In this document: one piece after another, positions 13,017-25,966 of the stretch | How the letters are laid out: the number at the start of each line of letters is the position of its first letter | Numbering within the stretch: the stretch's first letter is position 1 | Made by a program: the position numbers and the translations under genes | The notes under the pieces: model-generated | Databases searched by the model: none | What the model saw: the letters and a program-made list of their open reading frames with translations, nothing else | What the model was told of the DNA's origin: nothing | Source of the DNA: Eledone cirrhosa | Lineage: Eukaryota | DNA: 64,000 nucleotides | Direction of reading: 5' to 3' | Assembly: GCA_964016885.1 (NCBI GenBank) | Contig: OZ024740.1 | Location: forward strand, 215,264,001 to 215,328,000

Positions 13017-14348
13017 ACATTCAACTATCAGTTTTATTCTGATACCATTTTAAACTGCCATTGTTTCCCCTGAGAATATAATATGGTTTAGTGGGTGTGT
13101 AATTCAAGATTGATAGTAACATGACAAATACATCGAATTGTTTCATTTAAGCTTTAATCTAATCTTGGCAATCAATATGTTGACACTATTTACATTAATT
13201 ATAACTTTGTAGTGTCGAATAGTTTCAGTTTCGATCAGGTATTCACAATGTCATTTGTACAGAAACTTAAAAATCTTGTCGGAATCAATTTATTTTTTAA
13301 TCTTTTAAAAATTAAACTATGTTCATCTAAAATTGTATTCATCTTGTTGTTGGTTGAATGTAAACAAAATGGCTGGCGTTTTGTTTCTTTATCGGTTTTA
13401 GTAAAAAATTTACTGGCTTCAAATCATTAGATCAGTTATGAGCAAACTGGTTTGGTTTCTGAATGGCATGCCTGATTTCAAAATTGCTTTGAGATTTTTT
13501 AGTAGTTCCGCCCACTGCTCCAAAAAGGTTACCCGTGACCGCATTAGATTGTGGGTGTATTGAAGCACTGCCATAGTTGGTTTTAGCCCCACCCTTCTCC
13601 AAAACTCTAGAATTTATTGTTGAATAGTTCCTATTCTGTTGAGTTACTTTTCTTTGGTTGCAAATTATTTTAATATCATACAAAACTGCTTCAAGATGCT
13701 TTCATAATCGTTTAATATCCATTTCCATGCTAGCATGAGTTGTCCCATTTGAGGCAAGTCGAGTCAGGTGACCATATAGAACTGTTTCTACGGATATTTA
13801 TCTGACAACCTTCCACCATAAATTTATGTAAAAACCTTTGTTTTAAACATCAACTTAATAATGAGAAAATTACTTATATTACTAAATCACTACATAATTT
13901 TATATTATTTTCCAATTCTTAGTGACTTTCATTAGAAATATGGTAATTAAGATAGTCTAACCAGTGTGTGCCACAATTCAATAAAAAGCACACAGCATCC
14001 AAGCCAAAACGCAGTCTCCTGACAACCCGTCTAACCCATGCAAGTGTGGAAAACAGACATTAAACGATGATTTCATCAATCATATCTCCCCATTAAATGT
14101 TGTGTCCTTGTGAAAAAAAAAAACATACCAAATAAATATGTTTAATAAAAGTGAATCCTCAAAAATTCAGATATAAAATAAAACATTTAAACATTAATTC
14201 AAAATAAGATTTTCTCTTTTTTAAAACTTTTTAATAAATAAAAACTAGCAAGCATTCCAAGAGATTTTTATTTAAAGGGATGTTATTTTAAAGATTTGGG
14301 TTTTGGTTATTTATTAAAGATGTAATAATCTTTTAATTTCATTGTTCT

Positions 14349-17300
14349 TTATGAAGTCACTGCATTGGGGGCTTTTTGGGCAGCTAACTGAGCCTGAACT
14401 TTAATCTGTAATAATTCCATCACAACTAGAAAAAGAAAGCATTCAACATTCATTTATTGAAGTATGTAACATTTTACACATACAGTCTCTATTTATGGAT
14501 ATATATATGTACAGGGTGCAGCAAAAATACCTCCTACACCACATTTTAATGGTAGGTTTTTCTGCTACATCCTGCTACCAAATATGAATTGCTTTTTGAT
14601 CGAAGAGATATAAATCAAAGCTTCTTCCTTTAACATCTCTCTCCAATAAACTGTAACATTCCTTTTTCAGCTAGACAACCTGCGATATTACACATATTAA
14701 AACAAAACCTGATTAAGTTTTACTTTTAACTAGTTTGCCTTCAACTTCGATGATCAATAATGTAGATTTTTTTTTTTTTTTTTGTCTTGATCCTCTTGGC
14801 TAAAGTACTGAATTCTTAATTTTTTTACTATTTAAATTAAAGCCTGTCCCAAGCCCAGGCATTAAGCAACTGAGTGTATCAGACTTCCCCTGGACAAGAT
14901 GCAGGGTTAACTCCCAGCTGATATTCATTTTCAGCTGAATGTACTGGAGTAACATAGCATGAAGTCACACCACCAACATAGAATAAAGCACTATGCTCAA
15001 GAACATAACACACCACCCGGTCCAGAAGTCAAACTTAAGATATTAGGACCATCATTCCAACACATTAACCACAAGGCCATGTGCAAAAATCCAAATACTA
15101 TGTACACATGTTTAGATGGTGCAGTTTTGAAATTCTCATGAGTGAAGAATAAACTTATAAAATTTTAATATTTTGATAATTACATAATAGTTTTATACCA
15201 ATTTCTGACCTTTTTGAAGGCCATTGTTCATTTAAAACACAAGTAAAATCTGTATTTTAGAACCTCATTTACATAGAATTTGAAGCTGGTGAAATACTTA
15301 CTGACCTTGATTATAAGTTTAGCCTAATTTGCAATTGATTTTTTTTTTTTTTGTCATATTTCTCGGCATACAGTAATTATATTTTAACTAATTTTGAAAA
15401 TGTCATTCATTTCACTAAATTAAAAAAAAAGGTGAAATTATAATTTATTGTTATTACCAACATTGACAAAAGTATATTCCCATATAATGGAGGCACATGG
15501 GTTAGTGGTTAGAGCATTGGCCTTGCAATCGAAAGGTTGTGAGTTCAATTCTCAGACTGGGTGATGTGTTGTTTCCTTGAGCAAGACACTTTATTTCACA
15601 TTGCTCCAGTTTACTCAGCTGTAGAAATGAGATGATAGGGACTGGGGTCCCTATCATTCCACTGCAAAGTGGTCGTGGAGGTGCCACGGCAAAAAAGCAC
15701 TCAGCACTCACTGTGAATGAGGTTGGTGTTAGGAAGGGCATCCAGCTGTAGAAATCAAGCCAGTATCAGTTCCCGTCCCACCCTTGCAAGCAGGGAAAAG
15801 TGGACGTAAAATGAAATGATGGTGATGATGAATGAATAGCTCTTTACTATATGGAATGGACTTCTGTCACTTTTGACAATGTATGTTCCAAGATTTCACA
15901 GCCCTAGCATCACTCATTCATAGTCAGCCTATGAACTTTTCAGCCGACTCTCATATACTTTACTATATATGATGACAAAAAACTTACCTTGTTTCATCCT
16001 GAATTTGTCTTGTAAAAGAGGCTGCATCTTTTCTATCTGTTTCGTGATGTAATCTACTTTCCTCTTGAAAAAATTTTTGCTTGAGTCAACAGACTGAAAC
16101 ATTTAAAATTACCAAAATACCATTTTTTTAAATATCAGTAACAGTTTATATAATTAGTATATTATGGAAGTGCAATAATATATATATATATATATAATAG
16201 AATATAAAATTGTTTTATTCCCACAAAATGCAGATTGAATAAGGATTACTAGTCAAGAATTTTATATACATATAGTGTATATTATTTGTATATACTGATA
16301 ATATAGTAATAAGATTAGCTGTGTGTATCTGATCTAGAATAGGGACATCATCTCTCTGTATGTCATAAGCAGTGATTAAAAGGGTTGGTGCCAGGAAAAG
16401 TATCCAGTTGTGAAACCTTACATCAAAAAGGACCCCCATATCATGAGGCCCACCAAGCTAACCTCAGAAGGTGTTATGTTGTATATTAATAATAATTATG
16501 AATAACAGTAAATTTATTCATGAATCTACAATTTCAGTTTGAATTTGTTTTTTAATTGAAATAATGGTTTCTGATTTAGGCAGAAGGCCAACAATTTTCT
16601 AGGATGGGGAAACTCAATTACATCAACTCCAGTGCATAACTGGTACTTTATTTTATCGACCTCCCCATAAGGATGAAAGGCAAAGCTAACCTTCATGGGA
16701 TTTGAACTCAGAATGTAAAGGGACGTAACTATATGCCACAAAGCATATTGTCCGGCACTCTACCAATACAGCACCATCAACAATAAAAATAATACAAACC
16801 ATTTCAATATAATATCCAGTACCAATATCAACTAAACATTCTTCAACATTAGATAATTTCCCTGGAACATACATCTAGAAATAACATTAAGGAACATAAG
16901 ATCTCTTAATTTGGCTCATTTCTTCAATTAAATCCACTTGTTTTATGGACCACAAGCTTATTCATGTTCTAGTAATCAACACATTTCTACAATACTTCAA
17001 ACTGTTTAATGTTGGTGTCAATATAATGCACCCAGTACACTCTGTAATGTGGATGACAACCAAACATAGATGATATAGGGTAGAGAGGATTTTTCAGTCA
17101 TGCTGAGTGCACAACAACCTCTCTAGTGCTGGTGCCATAATAAAATGCACCCAGTACACTCTGTAAAGTGGTAGTGGTACTGCCACAATAAAATACTCCC
17201 AGTACACTTTGTAATGGGGTAGTGTTAGTGCCACAATAAAATACTCCCAGTACACTCTGTAAAGTGGTAGTGTTAGTGCCACAATAAAATACTCCCAGTA

Positions 17301-20300
17301 CACTCTGTAAAGTGGTAGTGTTAGTGCCACAATAAAATACTCCCAGTACACTTTGTAATGGGGTAGTGTTAGTGCCACAATAAGATACTCCCAGTACACT
17401 CTGTAAAGTGGTAGTGTTAGTGCCACAATAAAATACTCCCAGTACACTCTGTAAAGTGGTAGTATTAGTGCCACAATAAAATACTCCCAGTACACTCTGT
17501 AAAGTGGTAGTGTTAGTGCCACAATAAAATACTCCCAATACACTCTGTAAAGTGGTAGTGTTAGTGCCACAATAAAATACTCCCAGTACACACTCTAAAG
17601 TGGTAGTGCTAGTGCCACAATAAAATACTCCCAGTACACTCTGTAAAGTGGTAGTGTTAGTGCCACAATAAAATACTCCCAGTACACTCTGTAAAGTGGT
17701 AGTGTTAGTTCCACAATAAAATACACCCAGTACACACTGTAAAGTGGTAGTGTTAGTGCCACAATAAAATACACCCAGTACACACTGTAAAGTGGTAGTG
17801 TTAGTGCCACAATAAAATACACCCAGTACACACTGTAAAGTGGTAGTGTTAGTGCCACAATAAAATACTCCCAGAACACTCTGTAAAGTGGTAGTGTTAG
17901 TGCCACAATAAAATACTCCCAGTACACACTCTAAAGTGGTAGTGTTAGTGCCACAATAAAATACTCCCAGTACACTCTGTAATGGGGTAGTGTTAGTGCC
18001 ACAATAAAATACTCCCAGTACACTCTGTAAAGTGGTAGTGTTAGTGCCACAATAAAATACTCCCAGTACACTCTGTAATGGGGTAGTGTTAGTGCCACAA
18101 TAAAATACTCCCAGTACACTCTGTAAAGTGTTAGTGCCACAATAAAATACACCCAGTACACACTCTAAAGTGGTAGTGTTAGTACCACAATAAAATACTC
18201 CCAGTACACACTGTAAAGTGGTAGTGTTAGTGCCACAATAAAATACTCCCAGTACACTCTGTAAAGTGGTAGTGTTAGTGCCACAATAAAATACTCCCAG
18301 TACACTCTGTAAAGTGGTAGTGTTAGTGCCACAATAAAATACACCCAGTACACTCTGTAAAGTGGTAGTGTTAGTGCCACAATAAAATACTCCCAGTACA
18401 CTCTGTAAAGTGTTAGTGACACAATAAAATACTCCCAGTACACTCTATAATGGGATAGTGTTAGTGCCACAATAAAATACTCCCAGTACACTCTGTAAAG
18501 TGGTAGTGTTAGTGCCACAATAAAATACTCCCAGTACACTCTGTAAAGTGGTAGTGTTAGTGCCACAATAAAATACTCCCAGTAGACTCTGTAAAGTGGT
18601 AGTGTTAGTGCCACAATAAAATACACCCAGTACACTCTGTAAAGTGGTAGTGTTAGTGACACAATAAAATACTCCCAGTACACTTTGTAATGGGGTAGTG
18701 TTAGTGCCACAATAAAATACTCCCAGTACACTCTGTAATGGGGTAGTGTTAGTGCCACAATAAAATACTCCCAGTACACTCTGTAATGGGGTAGTGTTAG
18801 TGCCACAATAAAATACTCCCAGTACACTCTGTAAAGTGGTAGTGTTAGTGCCACAATAAAATACACCCAGTACACTCTGTAAAGTGGTAGTGTTAGTGCC
18901 ACAATAAAATACACCCAGTACACTCTGTAAAGTGGTAGTGTTAGTGACACAATAAAATACTCCCAGTACACTTTGTAATGGGGTAGTGTTAGTGCCACAA
19001 TAAAATACTCCCAGTACACTCTGTAATGGGGTAGTGTTAGTGCCACAATAAAATACTCCCAGTACACTCTGTAATGGGGTATTGTTAGTGCCACAATAAA
19101 ATACTCCCAGTACACTCTGTAAAGTGGTAGTGTTGGTGCCACAATAAAATACACCCAGTACACTCTGTAAAGTGGTAGTGTTAGTGCCACAATAAAATAC
19201 ACCCAGTACACTCTGTAAAGTGGTAGTGTTAGTGCCACAATAAAATACTCCCAGTACACTTTGTAATGGGGTAGTGTTAGTGCCACAATAAAATACTCCC
19301 AGTACACTCTGTAAAGTGGTAGTGTTAGTGCCACAATAAAATACTCCCAGTACACTCTGTAAAGTGCTAGTGCCACAATAAAATACACCCAGTACACTCT
19401 GTAAAGTGGTAGTGTTAGTGCCACAATAAAATACTCCCAGTACACTCTGTAATGGGGTAGTGTTAGTGCCACAATAAAATACTCCCAGTACACACTGTAA
19501 AGTGGTAGTGTTAGTGCCACAATAAAATATATCCAGTACACTCTGTAATGGGGTAGTGTTAGTGCCACAATAAAATACTCCCAGTACACACTGTAAAGTG
19601 GTAGTGTTAGTGCCACAATAAAATATATCCAGTACACCCTGTAATGGGGTAGTGTTAGTGCCACAATAAAATACTCCCAGTACACTCTGTAAAGTGGTAG
19701 TGTTAGTGCCAGAATAAAATACTCCCAGTACACTTTGTAATGGGGTAGTGTTAGTGCCACAATAAAATACTCCCAGTACACTCTGTAAAGTGGTAGTGTT
19801 AGTGTTACAATAAAATACTCCCAGTACACTCTGTAAAGTGTTAGTGACACAATAAAATACTCCCAGTACACTCTGTAATGGGATAGTGTTAGTGCCACAA
19901 TAAAATACTCCCAGTACACACTGTAAAGTGGTAGTGTTAGTCCCACAATAAAATACTCCCAGTACACTCTGTAATGGGGTAGTGTTAGTCCCACAATAAA
20001 ATACTCCCAGTACACACTGTAAAGTGGTAGTGTTAGTGCCACAATAAAATACTCCCAGTACACTCTGTAAAGTGGTAGTGTTAGTGCCACAATAAAATAC
20101 TCCCAGTACACTCTGTAAAGTGGTAGTGTTAGTGCCACAATAAAATACTCGCAGTACACACTGTAAAGTGGTAGTGTTAGTCCCACAATAAAATACTCCC
20201 AGTACACTCTGTAAAGTGGTAGTGTTAGTGCCACAATAAAATACTCCCAGTACACTCTGTAAAGTGGTAGTGTTAGTGCCACAATAAAATACACCCAGTA

Positions 20301-23300
20301 CACACTGTAAAGTGGTAGTGTTAGTGCCACAATAAAATACACCCAGTACACTCTGTAAAGTGGTAGTGTTAGTGCCACAATAAAATACTTCCAGTACACT
20401 CTGTAATGGGATAGTGTTAGTCCCACAATAAAATACTCCCAGTACACTCTGTAAAGTGGTAGTGTTAGTGCCACAATAAAATACTCCCAGTACACTCTGT
20501 AAAGTGGTAGTGTTAGTGCCACAATAAAATACACCCAGTACACACTGTAAAGTGGTAGTGTTAGTGCCACAATAAAATACATCCAGTACACCCTGTAATG
20601 GGGTAGTTAGTGCTACAATAAAATACTCCCAGTACACTCTGTAAAGTGGTAGTGTTAGTGCCACAATAAAATACACCCAGTACACTCTGTAAAGTGGTAG
20701 TGTTAGTGACACAATAAAATACTCCCAGTACACTTTGTAATGGGTTAGTGTTAGTGCCACAATAAAATACTCCCAGTACACTCTGTAATGGGGTAGTGTT
20801 AGTGTCACAATAAAATACTCCCTGTACACTTTGTAATGGGGTAGTGTTAGTGCCACAATAAAATACACCCAGTACACTCTGTAATGGGGTAGTGTTAGTG
20901 CCACAATAAAATACTCCCAGTACACTCTGTAATGGGGTAGTGTTAGTGCCACAATAAAATACTCCCAGTACACTCTGTAAAGTGGTAGTGTTAGTGTTAC
21001 AATAAAATACTCCCAGTACACTCTGTAAAGTGTTAGTGACACAATAAAATACACCCAGTACACTCTGTAATGGGGTAGTGTTAGTGCCACAATAAAATAC
21101 TCCCAGTACACTCTGTAAAGTGGTAGTGTTAGTGCCACAATAAAATACTCCCAGTACACTCTGTAAAGTGGTAGTGTTAGTGCCACAATAAAATACATCC
21201 AGTACACTTTGTAATGGGGTAGTGTTAGTGCCACAATAAAATACTCCCAGTACACTCTGTAAAGTGGTAGTGTTAGTCCCACAATAAAATACTCCCAGTA
21301 CACTTTGTAATGGGGTAGTGTTAGTGCCACAATAAAATACTCCCAGTACACTCTGTAAAGTGGTAGTGTTAGTCCCACAATAAAATACTCCCAGTACACT
21401 TTGTAATGGGGTAGTGTTAGTGCCACAATAAAATACATCCAGTACACCCTGTAATGGGGTAGTGTTAGTGCCACAATAAAATACACCCAGTACACACTGT
21501 AAAGTGGTAGTGTTAGTGCCACAATAAAATACTCCCAGTACACTTTGTAATGGGGTAGTGTTAGTGCCACAATAAAATACACCCAGTACACTCTGTAAAG
21601 TGGTAGTGTTAGTGCCACAATAAAATACACCCAGTACACTCTGTAATGGAGTAGTGTTAGTGCCACAATAAAATACATCCAGTACACTCTGTAATGGGGT
21701 AGTGTTAGTGCCACAATAAAATACACCCAGTACACTCATGTCATTGGTGTTATGGATGGTATCCCCTGCCCCATAGAAACCATGGCATATTATGGAATGT
21801 GTAAATAAGTTGGTTCTCCACCCACATTGTGTCAAACCATGATGACCCATCCAACCCATGTCAGCATATGATGACTTTAATTAGTTTAATAAAAATATAT
21901 AGCATATGGAGACTTTTTCATGGAATATTATTTTAATCCGCTCTCTCAATAATTTAACAGTGGTAGTGGTGGTAGTAGTACAAAGGGTTAGTAAATCTTA
22001 AGGGTTAAAATGTCTCCCAACCCCACCACCAAAAAATAGGAGGGGAGTGCTGAAAAACATATTTTTCCCACTTCATTAAACAACAATTAATGGTGAAAAG
22101 AGAATCAAAGTATAAAACAACTGTTTGGGGAATACATGTAAAGGTTCATATTGGCAGACCTATCAAACCCTCATATAAAATACAGAAATGTAATAAAAGG
22201 ATACAGAGCCTGTAAGAGGGACAAGAATATCATTATCAAGATTTTGCTTGGTGACTTGACTAAGGCATTCTTGAGATTCACTAAATTTGGTTTGGGCTAC
22301 TTTTAACTGGTTTAATGAGAGGGTAAGAAATTCAATTTCCTGAAATAAACAAACAAAAAATACAAAATATAAGCGAAGGAATTATGTTTGGAACACGGCA
22401 AGTGAAGTTTAGAATAGAAAATAGAAGCTTTGCTGTAATATTTTTTAATCTAATATAGTCTAATAACGGGGCTTATAAACCCACTGAATGATAAAAGATG
22501 GATATCAGCACACATGGGAGAAGTGTGGGTTCAACTCCCATGTGTGCTGATATCCATCTTTTACCATTCACTCAGTTTATTTGCCCTATTATTAGACTGT
22601 ATAATAGTCAAAAATATTACAGCAAAAGCTTCTATTTCTATTACAAAATATAAGATATATTTATTGCAGCAATGTCTGTTGTTGACAGTAATATAATTTA
22701 TTTCACACACACACACACATACATATCTATATATCTAAAACAGAGAATGTCTGTCTGTCCCCCTAAAACTCGAGAACCACCCAACCGATTTTTTTCAAAC
22801 TTTACACATGTAATACTTATGGTCATGTGAGTGTTTTGAGCAAAAAATATTTCAAATTTTTAATGCCGTAGGGACAGCATTAGGCGAAAAACCACATATT
22901 TTAGGCTTTAAAGGCTTTTTTGAGGCATAACGGAACAATAATCCAGGCGATTTCTTCAAATTTGCATTACTTATGTCGTTTAAAGTGTTTTGAACAAAAA
23001 AGATTTTCTTTTTGCCCCAGGAATACATTAGGCGAAAAACCAATTTTTTTAAGCATTTTGTTTGCATTAGGGCCTGTAACTCGAGAAGTACCCAACCGAT
23101 TTTTTTAAAACTTTGCATATGCATTACTTGTTTCACAAATTTTCTTGACTGAAAAAGATTTCAAATTTTTGCCTGGGGACCGTATTGTTTAGCATTTTGG
23201 TTGTGTTAGGGCCTGTAACCTTAAAAGTATCCAACTAAATTCCTTCATGCTCTCCACCACTGCAGTCCCACGTGCTTACTGCTCTGTAACTATTGCTTTC

Positions 23301-25322
23301 ATTGTACCATAGCACAACAAATACATGTTCAGTTTGTCGAATGTCTTTTTACTTAACCCTATCGTCTTGGATTTCGTGTGTTTAACATTTTACTCTCAGG
23401 CACCCAATTAACTTAAACCCCTGGTAATCTAAGACAAATTTTTTTTATAAGCACAAAATGTAGACACCATCCCCAGGCCGAGGTATTCTATGTTTAGAAT
23501 CCCGAGCAACGCCGGGCCATTCTGCTAGTATATATATATACACAGGTAAAATTTCGTTATAACGAATTTTTCTTCAATACCTGGCCACGCTTGATGTATT
23601 AGATCAATCTCGTTATAAAGAATTTTTCGTTACAACGAATTTTTTGGTATACCCCGTAAATTTCGTTATAACGGAATTTCACTGTTTATATGTGTGTGTG
23701 TGTATTACCTGAATGTATCGGTGTTATCACTAAAGAAAGAACCCTCAATATGTAATCATAGAGGTAAATATACTATACAATGGAGATATGGACCAGTAGA
23801 CAACAAGCAAAACATCAACCCAATGCTCTGGGAATTTTGAATTTGCAGAAAGTTGGCAACTTGAGAATTGACCAGATTGGTCAGAGAGTTGAAAGTGTCT
23901 TTTGAACATAAGCTGTTCTAAGTGACTGAGCATTCCATAGATACCTTTAACGTAGTTCACAGGGAGATTCAGCGTGACAAAGTGTGTGACATGGCTGACT
24001 TATTGAATTACAGGTATAACTCATTTTTGCCAGCTGAGTGTACGGGAGCAACATAAGATAAGTGTCTTGCTAAAAAGAAAAACGCGCCGCCGGGAGTTGT
24101 ACTCCCGATCGTCAGATCGGGAACATTGCTAACCAGACCTTCCGTAACAGTTGGGGGGTCTTAAGCATATACTTTACATGTGTATTAGAGTTACGTCACT
24201 TTACGTTCTGAGTTCAAATCCCGGCCGAGGTTAGCTTTGCCTTTCATCCTTACGGGGTCGATAAAATAAAACACCAGTAATGCACTGGGTCGATTTAATC
24301 GACTTTCCCTTGTGCCTATAGTAGAAATCATTATTATTATTATTATTATTATTACTAGCTGACATTTTTTATCGCCAATATGAGACTAAGAAAGAAATTA
24401 AAACCATGATTATACTAACATATTTAGAGTCAATAGAAAATCAATGTAGTAAAAACCAAAGCACAAGTATATTGAAACAAATTATTGGAAGGGCTTACAC
24501 CCCTTAGCGGCGGAGGGTTTGTAACAAATAAGACATTTACTACTGATATCATCCAACATAAATAATCGTAAATTTAGATAATTAAATATTTCAAAACACA
24601 AATCTTAATTATATGTCCCAATAATAATCATGTATCGATATAAAGGCAGATATCTTAGAGAAGAATTGAGAATATCTTTATATTTGTATTTCATTGAGTG
24701 TTATATTACAATTATGGGACCAGACAGAAATATGAAAGGTTAAATATAATATATTCAACAACAGAAGAAGAAAAAAACAATAGATATTTCAATAATAGAA
24801 GAAAGAGATAATGAACAATTGAATAAATCAAGTTAAACGAACGGATTACTATATATAGTCACTAGAATATGTGTATGTGTGTGTCCCATAAGTATGACTG
24901 CATTGAATTAAACATTAATGTAGTGACAAAAGCTCATTTGTGGGACACCTGCTATATGAAACTTTATTTGAAAATAAAAGAAATTTACAATTTCTCAACT
25001 TTTGCAATGAAAATATGAAAAAAGAAACTACATCACAAATGACATCCATAAATTATATACAAGAATAAATATACAGGGTGTCCCAAAAAATGTATACACA
25101 CTTTGATTACCTGTACATACATTTTTTTGTAGGGGGGGGGGGGGACACCCTGTGTGTGTGTATATATTCCTGATGATTTCATACGAATGAAACAGTTCTA
25201 GTTCTGTTGAAGCCATATCTATATTAAATAATGATGTTTACACTCTACAAATGTATTGGGTACCTTTTTTAACTGTGATTACCCCCGATGTAACTCGGGA
25301 TCTACATACACACACACACATC

Positions 25323-25353
<31 letters not shown>

Positions 25354-25966
25354 ACTATGTTACAAGTTGCACACACATTGAGAACTTCTATTTATAGTTT
25401 TTGTGGTTTTATTAAAATTTGATCTTTTTACTTCCAATCGATTTAATAAATTGTCGATCAGTTTTAATCATTTCGATCTTCTTTATTATAATGGACATCT
25501 AAGAGTATTTTATTAATTTGACAGCAATCCCGGACTATGATCACATCAACCTAAACAAGAATTACATTATAACTAATATATAATATATTCTAGTTTTACT
25601 CAAGAACTTGTATAACATATCATAAAAACCAACTAAATAAATCTATTGACATCGAGATTAAAATATCTTTACAAAATACAATATTTTCAAATATGAACAG
25701 CTTCCTCGTAAGTTATTGATAAATAATATACATAAATATATTTTAATTAAAGCAATTTTAAAATATAATCTTTTCGAAAAATTATTTATAGACATTTACG
25801 ATGTCAGTCAAGTAATATTTAAATTTTAATCTTTTATAATAAAAAAAACAACTGATTTACAAAAAAATAAATTTTAAACAACGATTACCTGATCTAATTG
25901 TTGAGACAATTGATTTAATTGAGGTAAAGGTAATGTAGAAATATCAACTTGTCTTTGTGTAGACAT
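14349..25966 (-). CDS. PFDN5: Prefoldin subunit 5 (alpha-type), complete, 156 aa. Exons 25966-25889, 22339-22205, 16874-16800, 16093-15988, 14425-14349
   Basis: Spliced ORF of 471 nt: MSTQRQVDISTLPLPQLNQLSQQLDQ|EIEFLTLSLNQLKVAQTKFSESQECL..ILVPLTGS|MYVPGKLSNVEECLVDIGTGYYIEM|SVDSSKNFFKRKVDYITKQIEKMQPLLQDK..; LVPLT.SMYVPG and DIGTGYY are prefoldin-alpha motifs. Confidence 0.96.
15490..15830 (+). mobile_element. Full-length family B SINE: tRNA head + CORE-like domain + one 48-bp-type unit + (GAT)n tail
   Basis: ggcacatgggttagtggttagagc..gagttcaattc..ccttgagcaagacactt..aaaaagcactcagcactcactgtg..ttaggaagggcatccagc..gatggtgatgatg. Confidence 0.8.
16875..22204 (-). other. U12-type GT-AG intron (PFDN5 intron 2), 5.3 kb
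   Basis: Minus-strand 5' splice site GTATCCTTT starts at 22204. Branch site TTCCTTAAT at ~16894-16886, about 10 nt before the AG at 16876-16875. Confidence 0.92.
17125..21737. repeat. ~4.6 kb tandem array of a 48-bp unit (~96 copies by length/period)
   Basis: Unit cccagtacactctgtaaagtggtagtgttagtgccacaataaaatact, with a gtaatgggg variant and 42-bp deletion variants. Two minus frames are largely stop-free, which explains the 808/1096/432-aa ORFs. Confidence 0.97.
22726..23528 (+). mobile_element. Non-autonomous Helitron in PFDN5 intron 1
   Basis: 5' TC(tatatatctaaaac), 3' GC hairpin cccgagcaacgccggg then CTAG; inserted between A and T with no TSD. Confidence 0.8.
23542..23685. mobile_element. 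Short Tc1/mariner(pogo/Tigger)-like MITE
   Basis: Imperfect TIRs caggtaaaatttcgttataacg / cgttataacggaatttcactg. Confidence 0.55.
25073..25152. mobile_element. Mariner-like MITE
   Basis: TIR cagggtgtccc / gggacaccctg, TA on the left. A similar short element lies at ~14512-14573. Confidence 0.55.

Noticed and set aside
17125-21737. CRISPR array
   Set aside because: Units are contiguous with no unique spacers, there are no cas genes, and the context is eukaryotic.
17094-21859. Long minus-strand ORFs (808, 1096, 432 aa) as novel repeat proteins
   Set aside because: Pure translation of a 48-bp tandem unit that lacks stops in two frames. They lie inside a PFDN5 intron, overlap in two frames and have no unique domains.
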